64,000 nucleotides of DNA from the NCBI GenBank assembly GCA_964367355.1, contig CAYIWY010000006.1, positions 15,968 to 79,967 on the forward strand, in the 5' to 3' direction. This DNA comes from an uncultured Gammaproteobacteria bacterium. GTDB lineage: Bacteria; Patescibacteriota; Microgenomatia; Woykebacterales; RBG-16-39-9b. The notes beneath the pieces are model-generated. The model ran no database searches. It was given only the letters and a program-made list of their open reading frames with translations, and was not told where the DNA came from. Positions 58,706-64,000 of the stretch are shown here, piece after piece; the first letter of the stretch is position 1; each line of letters begins with the position of its first letter. Made by a program: the position numbers and the translations under genes.

Positions 58706-60658
58706 ATGCGTTTTCTAAAAGAAGGCTACCACAAAACCAAACATCATCATAAAAACCTTCTACTGCTGGTTTTAACCTCGCTTTTAACACCTCTACTTGT
58801 TTTTGGAATTTACTCTCTTTTTCCGCCAAAAGTAAATGCTTCTTTAACCAATCCGCTGCAATCTCTAGATAAACCGTTTTCAGCGGAAGTTTGGGGAATT
58901 TTGGACAAATCATCAATCTCTTTTGAAACTGATCCTAATATACCCGTGACGGTAAAAATGAAATCAACAAACTTCCCCCTAAAAACTTTAGTTGAGTTCG
59001 AACCTAAGGACTTATTAGCACCAAATACAAGCTACACCTTAAAATTTAGTGTTGAGAATTGGTTTGGGTTAAAGTCAAAAAAGACATTAATCAGAACTAC
59101 ATCTTCTGCGCCAAAAGTCACAAAAGTTTCACCAGACAGCGGCAGTATCGATCTTAATTCACAGACAACTCTTATCTTCCAATTAAACCAGGTCTTGAAC
59201 AAGGGTCAGTTTGAGTTAAAAACGCAACCAGAAGCAGTTTTTGAGACCACTCATAGTAAAAATCGTATCTTAGCCAGACCAAAAACTGATCTGAAACAAG
59301 GTCAAAAATATACTTACACGCTTTTTTTGACAAGCAAAGTGTTTGACGACATTAACCTTTTTGAAGGTGAGTTAACTACCCTCTCACCCCTGGAAATTAC
59401 TTCTTTGGAACCAGCAGATCAAGCTGAGGTGGTTTTGAAAAACCAAGTTATTAAAGTTTCCTTCAATAAGGGCGTTGATAAGCTTTCTTTTGAAAAGGGC
59501 TTTACGCTCGAGCCCCCAACTCCCCTCACTCTCGAATGGGTTGATGAGAAATCAGTGATTATTAAACCTGAAAGTTTACTAATTTCGGCAACTAAGTACT
59601 CCTTAATTTTAAAAGACACTATCAGCGCGCTTGATAAATCGCATTTAGCTATTCCTGTGAACAATACTTTTACTACCGCCGGACCTGTAAGAGTAGTTAG
59701 TTTTTCCCCAACCGGAGCATACCCTTATTTAAATACAAATATTGTTGTAAATTTTGACCAACCGGTCGATGAACTTTCAGCGAAGGCGCATTTCTCAATT
59801 CAGCCGGAGACTACTGGTAACTTTAGTTTAAGTGGTAATCAAATAGTATTTAAACCGAAAAGTTTAGCTGCTCTTACAGAGTATAAAATTATTCTTTCTC
59901 CAGGAATAGTCAGTCTGGGCGGTGAGAATAGTACTGAAACCTTTACCAATGTTTTCACGACCACAAGTGAACAAACTAAAGTAATTGGTTATTCAGTTCA
60001 AGGAAAGCCTATTACTGCTTCGTATTTTGGTATTGGTCCAAAGAAAATACTTTTGATTGGAGCAATGCACGGATCAGAATCAAACACCGGGAAAATGCTG
60101 ACCAACTGGGTCGGTTATTTACGAGCTAACCAAGGACAAATTGCAAAGGATAGAACTTTTATTATCGTTCCTTATGCCAATCCTGATGGAACTAGCAAAA
60201 ATCAGCGCTTCAACGCTCATGGGGTTGACCTTAATCGTAATTGGGATACTCCAGAGTGGCAAAGTTTAACTTATCTTCAAAACACTTCTTACCCAAACGG
60301 TGGTGGTTCAGCGCCTTTTTCCGAACCAGAAACTCAAGCTTTACGTAATTTAATACTGTCCGAAAACCCAAGTCGAATAGTTTCCTACCACGCTGCTGCC
60401 AATATGGTTATTGGCGACGGGATCGCCGATAGTTTCGGAGATTGGTATGCAGCACAAACAGGCTATAACAGAGTTAAGGGTGATGTACAGGAAGATCCCA
60501 ATATGAGCGCTTTGGGCTATATTATTACCGGGACATTTGAGGACTGGGTAACGGCTCGTGGTTTGGTTACTTTGGTAATTGAATTCGTTTCGCAAACTCA
60601 AAATGAATACAACCGCAATTTACCTGCGCTTAAAGGCTTACTCAATTATTCAATCTAG
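58706..60658 (+). CDS. Membrane-anchored surface protein with Ig-like repeats and a C-terminal M14 zinc-carboxypeptidase (murein peptide amidase-like) domain
   Basis: N-terminal TM; repeated SbsA-like modules; ILLIGAMHGSESNTG ... ANPDG ... GVDLNRNW ... SYHAAAN zinc and catalytic motifs. Confidence 0.7.
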   Translation: MRFLKEGYHKTKHHHKNLLLLVLTSLLTPLLVFGIYSLFPPKVNASLTNPLQSLDKPFSAEVWGILDKSSISFETDPNIPVTVKMKSTNFPLKTLVEFEPKDLLAPNTSYTLKFSVENWFGLKSKKTLIRTTSSAPKVTKVSPDSGSIDLNSQTTLIFQLNQVLNKGQFELKTQPEAVFETTHSKNRILARPKTDLKQGQKYTYTLFLTSKVFDDINLFEGELTTLSPLEITSLEPADQAEVVLKNQVIKVSFNKGVDKLSFEKGFTLEPPTPLTLEWVDEKSVIIKPESLLISATKYSLILKDTISALDKSHLAIPVNNTFTTAGPVRVVSFSPTGAYPYLNTNIVVNFDQPVDELSAKAHFSIQPETTGNFSLSGNQIVFKPKSLAALTEYKIILSPGIVSLGGENSTETFTNVFTTTSEQTKVIGYSVQGKPITASYFGIGPKKILLIGAMHGSESNTGKMLTNWVGYLRANQGQIAKDRTFIIVPYANPDGTSKNQRFNAHGVDLNRNWDTPEWQSLTYLQNTSYPNGGGSAPFSEPETQALRNLILSENPSRIVSYHAAANMVIGDGIADSFGDWYAAQTGYNRVKGDVQEDPNMSALGYIITGTFEDWVTARGLVTLVIEFVSQTQNEYNRNLPALKGLLNYSI

Positions 60659-60661
60659 TAA

Positions 60662-60994
60662 TTAGAAAGCTGCTGCAGAAGAATCAATTTGGTTTAAGTC
60701 GTTTTGGAAACTATCAAGATCAGCTGAATCTATCTCAGAACTTACAGTATCTAAGTCTGAAGTCTTAGTGATATCTGTCACCTGCTTTGTCTGACTAGTA
60801 GTCGTCACCGGGGTTTCTGCTTGTTGCTGTGGAAAGGCAGCAACGAAAACCCCTGCGATAATTACTGCGCCTACTATCAATGCCCCAATTGCGAGCATGA
60901 GATTGCGATTACCGCCTGCAGGTTTTACAACCGCTCCTGTTACCTGAGGTTGAGTTTCAATATTTGGCGTTTGTTCTACTTGCTGTTCGTCCAT
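60662..60994 (-). CDS. Small membrane-anchored hypothetical protein
   Basis: Central TM; Thr/Ser/Asp-rich tail. Confidence 0.4.
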   Translation of the reverse strand: MDEQQVEQTPNIETQPQVTGAVVKPAGGNRNLMLAIGALIVGAVIIAGVFVAAFPQQQAETPVTTTSQTKQVTDITKTSDLDTVSSEIDSADLDSFQNDLNQIDSSAAAF

Positions 60995-60996
60995 AG

Positions 60997-61677
60997 TTAA
61001 TCAATTTCTGCCGAAGAAGAGGCTTCTTTCTTCTCTTCGACAGCGTTTTTAATTGCTTTAATAAAATTCTTGAGTGAAGTGCGGTAGTCTTTCATTGCTA
61101 GGTGAACATTTTTTAACTCTGTTTTCACGGTTTCAAGTTGACTTTTTGGACTGTCTGACGCACAGTCAAATGCAGCGATATCACTCTTTAAAGTCGTTAG
61201 TAAACCTTGGACCTCACTTTTTTGTGTTTCAATATCAGCTTTTAAGGCTGCGTAGTTTTCAACAACTACACCTTTGGGAACAAGTTTGGTTGTGTAAAAA
61301 TTATCTACTTTTGTAACTAAAACTCCAAAACGATTGAAGTGCTTCTCAATTCTCTCGGCAACTTTATTAGCACGGTTAGTGATGTTGCCTTTTCTTTTCT
61401 CACAAATTTTTAGTTTTTTCTCTTCCAGTTTCTCTTTTCTTTCAGCTGACCTAGATGCAATGCGCTCTTTTGTTTCTTTCTTTCGTTTTTCGATGTTGTC
61501 TCTAATTTCTTGACGTTTCTCCTCAATTTCCGCTCTTACCGACTCTTTTGAGTCATTAGAAGAAACCGAAGTCCCCGATGAATTATCATCACTACCTTCT
61601 TCAGCGTGTAAAACTAGGTTAATGGGGGTGAGAGCAAGAAAAAGAGTAACAAAAAATACTAGGAACAGTTTTTTCAT
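60997..61677 (-). CDS. Secreted Lys/Glu-rich coiled-coil protein
   Basis: Signal peptide; charged heptad-like repeats. Confidence 0.45.
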   Translation of the reverse strand: MKKLFLVFFVTLFLALTPINLVLHAEEGSDDNSSGTSVSSNDSKESVRAEIEEKRQEIRDNIEKRKKETKERIASRSAERKEKLEEKKLKICEKRKGNITNRANKVAERIEKHFNRFGVLVTKVDNFYTTKLVPKGVVVENYAALKADIETQKSEVQGLLTTLKSDIAAFDCASDSPKSQLETVKTELKNVHLAMKDYRTSLKNFIKAIKNAVEEKKEASSSAEID

Positions 61678-61756
61678 ATTTTGTTAATATTAGTAAAAGT
61701 TACAATATATGTCAAGTCAACGATACTATTTTTGCTTTGAAAAAGCTTGGTTAAGT

Positions 61757-62050
61757 TCACTTGTTTGTAATTATTTTTCCCGAAATTTTTTCAATATTTA
61801 CTTCTCCAAAAGTCCGCGAGTCCAAACTATCTGACCTATTATCCCCCATCAAACTAACTGACTTACCATTTATTTTAGCAACGCGTTTAATCAATTCTTT
61901 ACCATCTTGCTCAAAGATTACAATATCGCCTACCCTTATCTTATTAATAAGATAAGGCCAGTTGTTGACCCAAACAACTTGACCGTTCTTTAAAGTTGGT
62001 TCCATGCTGTGACCGGAAATCTTGTAGCGCGAAAATGGAGTTAATTTCAC
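61757..62050 (-). CDS. sodX: Minimal S26-family signal-peptidase-like protease, proposed NiSOD maturation peptidase SodX
   Basis: SGHSMEPT (SxSMxPT Ser box) and GDNRSDSLDSR boxes; 97 aa, no TM; 4-nt overlap with sodN. Confidence 0.7.
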   Translation of the reverse strand: MKLTPFSRYKISGHSMEPTLKNGQVVWVNNWPYLINKIRVGDIVIFEQDGKELIKRVAKINGKSVSLMGDNRSDSLDSRTFGEVNIEKISGKIITNK

Positions 62051-62472
62051 TTTTTAGCAGTCGCTTTTACTTTGGAAAATATCTCGGCTATTTGGTCAAC
62101 CTGATCACGAAGATCTTTGGCAGCTTCGGCATTAACTTCCCTTTTGTTGGTCGAACAAAGTTTGGTTGTTTTCCAGACTAAATCATGAAGATTTGGAAAA
62201 TCAGCCAAATTTTCCTCTTTGAAGAAATCTGTCCAAAGAATTAATATTTGACGTTTACAAGCTTCCGCATGTTCTTCTTTAACAGAAACCATTCGGGTAA
62301 AGTTATTGCGGTCTTGAGGCGTTGGCTTAGTGGGAATAGCTAAGATTTTCTCGACCATCTTTTCAACGGTCTCCGCTGCTACCTTGGCTGTGTTAGTTTC
62401 ATAAATTCCACAAGGAATATCGCAGTGGGCATAGGCTTCTTTAATTGGAAAAATTAAATCAAGTATTTTCAT
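62047..62472 (-). CDS. sodN: Nickel-containing superoxide dismutase precursor
   Basis: Propeptide MKILDLIFPIKEAYA followed by Ni-hook HCDIPCGIYE (canonical HCDLPCGVYDP); about 127-aa mature protein. Confidence 0.85.
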   Translation of the reverse strand: MKILDLIFPIKEAYAHCDIPCGIYETNTAKVAAETVEKMVEKILAIPTKPTPQDRNNFTRMVSVKEEHAEACKRQILILWTDFFKEENLADFPNLHDLVWKTTKLCSTNKREVNAEAAKDLRDQVDQIAEIFSKVKATAKK

Positions 62473-62525
62473 AACCTGTAACCGTAGTTTAGCAAACAAA
62501 AAGAGTAAGGTAAATGATTGTTTAA

Positions 62526-62554
62526 TTGACACTTGTAATATTCCAGCCTACAAT
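62526..62554 (+). promoter_or_regulatory. Sigma-70-like promoter for the SPFH gene
   Basis: TTGACA - 17 nt - TACAAT. Confidence 0.5.
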
Positions 62555-62561
62555 ATTATTA

Positions 62562-63437
62562 ATGGAAACCCAACTGCCAATACCCAATACTTCTGGTATT
62601 TCTGAAAAGCTCAGAAGTATCTTCTCAGGTAAGCTCATTCTCAAACTTCTACTAGCTATCTTTATCATCTACCTATTAAGATCAACGTTTGTTTTTGTTC
62701 CAGCTGGACACGTTGGGGTAAAATACGACCGCGGCAGTGGGGTGCTCAACAGTACTTTAAAAGAAGGCTTGAATCTTTCAATTCCGTATTGGCAAACAGT
62801 CACTCTATTTGACGCCAGACTTCAAGAATATACCATGAGTGTAGTTCCGGATGAAGGGGCTCTTCTCCGCGACGATTCTCTTGATGCGCCAACAAGCGAC
62901 GGTCAACAAGTAACAATCGATGCAACGGTTCTGTTTAGGGTTAACCCGGATAAAGTTCACGAGATATTTAAATCAATTGGTCCAGATTATGTTGATAAGA
63001 TAATTCGACCAACTTCAAGAAGCCAGATTCGTATGGTTATTAGCCGCTACAGTGCCACTGCAATTTATTCAGAAAAACGTCAGGAAGCAGAAAGGGTTAT
63101 GACCACAGAGATCTCAGAACTACTCGAACCCAAAAATATCTTGATTGATAAAGTTCTTCTCAGAGCAGTTTATTTCTCCCCTGAATACTCTAACTCTATA
63201 GAACAAAAAGTAATTGCAGAACAAAAAGTCAAGCAAGCAGAGTTTGAGGTCAAAGAGGCAACCCAAAGGGCCCAGGCAAAAATTGCTGAAGCCGAAGGTC
63301 TTGCCAAAGCCCAAGCACTTCAAAAAGCCAATTTAACTTCGGAATTTATTCAACTTGAAGCAATCAAAAAATGGAATGGTGTTATGCCAACAGTCACTAG
63401 TGGCAATCCGTTTATCAATATCCCTCTAAATAAGTAG
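62562..63437 (+). CDS. SPFH/band-7 (prohibitin/HflC-like) membrane protein
   Basis: N-terminal TM; SPFH core and C-terminal coiled coil AEQKVKQAEFE... Confidence 0.8.
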   Translation: METQLPIPNTSGISEKLRSIFSGKLILKLLLAIFIIYLLRSTFVFVPAGHVGVKYDRGSGVLNSTLKEGLNLSIPYWQTVTLFDARLQEYTMSVVPDEGALLRDDSLDAPTSDGQQVTIDATVLFRVNPDKVHEIFKSIGPDYVDKIIRPTSRSQIRMVISRYSATAIYSEKRQEAERVMTTEISELLEPKNILIDKVLLRAVYFSPEYSNSIEQKVIAEQKVKQAEFEVKEATQRAQAKIAEAEGLAKAQALQKANLTSEFIQLEAIKKWNGVMPTVTSGNPFINIPLNK

Positions 63438-63513
63438 TTTTTAGATTCCTAAAATACTTTAAATAGCAATGGCTATTCTAGCTGTCCCCCTAATTATGTT
63501 AAATTGTTCCTAA

Positions 63514-64000
63514 GTGATTTTACTAGAAAAAAGCTATTGGGAAGTTAAAACAACTAAAAAGAAGGGGGAGGGTCTTTTTGCCAAAAAAAATCTTCAACCT
63601 GGAATTGTAATTGGTGATTACCTTGGAAAGGTTCTGCGCACTAGTGAAGTTGATATTACAGGTGAAAAAGAAAGTTTTTATCTAATGTACTATCATGATC
63701 AGGCTTCAATTTATCCTGATTTAACAAAACCGGGAATTCATCTTCTCAACCATTCTTGCGAACCTAATTGTGCTTTCTTTACCTACCAAGGTCATATTTT
63801 ATTTTTCACTCTCCGCCATATTTTTCTTGGAGAAGAATTAACCGTTGCCTATATGCTCAGTCCAAAAGACAGTTTCTGTGAACCTTGCAATCATATTTGT
63901 AAATGTGAGAGTAAGTTTTGCAGCCGGTCAATGCATCTTCCCCAAGATAGTTATGTAAATTGGCGCTATTTTCAAGAAACACAAAATCAAAAAACAAAAA
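63514..64000 (+). CDS. SET-domain protein (putative lysine methyltransferase), 3'-truncated by the window edge
   Basis: GTG start; NHSCEPNC and ELTVAY SET motifs; post-SET Cys cluster CEPCNHICKCESKFC. Confidence 0.6.
   Translation, partial: MILLEKSYWEVKTTKKKGEGLFAKKNLQPGIVIGDYLGKVLRTSEVDITGEKESFYLMYYHDQASIYPDLTKPGIHLLNHSCEPNCAFFTYQGHILFFTLRHIFLGEELTVAYMLSPKDSFCEPCNHICKCESKFCSRSMHLPQDSYVNWRYFQETQNQKTK

Noticed and set aside
1-64000. CRISPR arrays, rRNA genes, prophage structural genes
   Set aside because: No regularly spaced short repeats, no rRNA-like conserved stretches, and no capsid, terminase or portal-like ORFs were seen anywhere in the window.

Overview
AT-rich, compact bacterial chromosome segment (about 38% GC by eye), most likely from a Gram-positive-like, reduced-genome lineage that may be CPR/Patescibacteria-like (inference). 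Genes are densely packed, mostly on the minus strand, with short intergenic regions. Housekeeping content: ATP-dependent DNA ligase, pyrD, folD, two tandem Fpg/Nei glycosylases, polA, ftsH, an N-domain-less clpB, a suf Fe-S operon (sufC-sufB-rdgB-short sufD ... sufS-sufU), a glycosyltransferase cluster and a cell-wall cluster (M15 peptidase, FemAB, GH130-like). Three tRNA genes read cleanly: initiator tRNA-fMet, a tRNA-Met(CAU) with G1-C72, and an unusual tRNA-Ile(UAU). Accessory content: an IS481-family transposase next to a 1.6-kb single-gene cargo bracketed by roughly 26-bp imperfect direct repeats; a tyrosine recombinase; several 0.3-1.3 kb GC-rich (about 50%) islets carrying small Cys-rich or secreted ORFs; two CAP-domain proteins; two large Ig-repeat surface proteins ending in peptidase domains. 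The strongest candidate systems are: (i) a tightly linked ferric-reductase-like bis-heme membrane protein + ferredoxin + FAD/NAD(P) oxidoreductase operon, read here as a possible split NOX-like electron-transfer module, with a cytochrome b5/MAPR-like protein and a ferredoxin paralog nearby; (ii) a nickel superoxide dismutase gene (sodN) with its S26-type maturation protease (sodX); (iii) a fragmented tRNA locus in which an intact tRNA-Ile(UAU) is flanked by complementary 5' and 3' halves of a second tRNA; (iv) a 56-nt nested palindromic element present twice, once exactly between sufC and sufB over the sufB start codon; (v) a perfect 25-bp tandem direct repeat in front of an orphan response-regulator gene. 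All functional calls rest on recognisable motifs in the translated ORFs; nothing was searched against a database.
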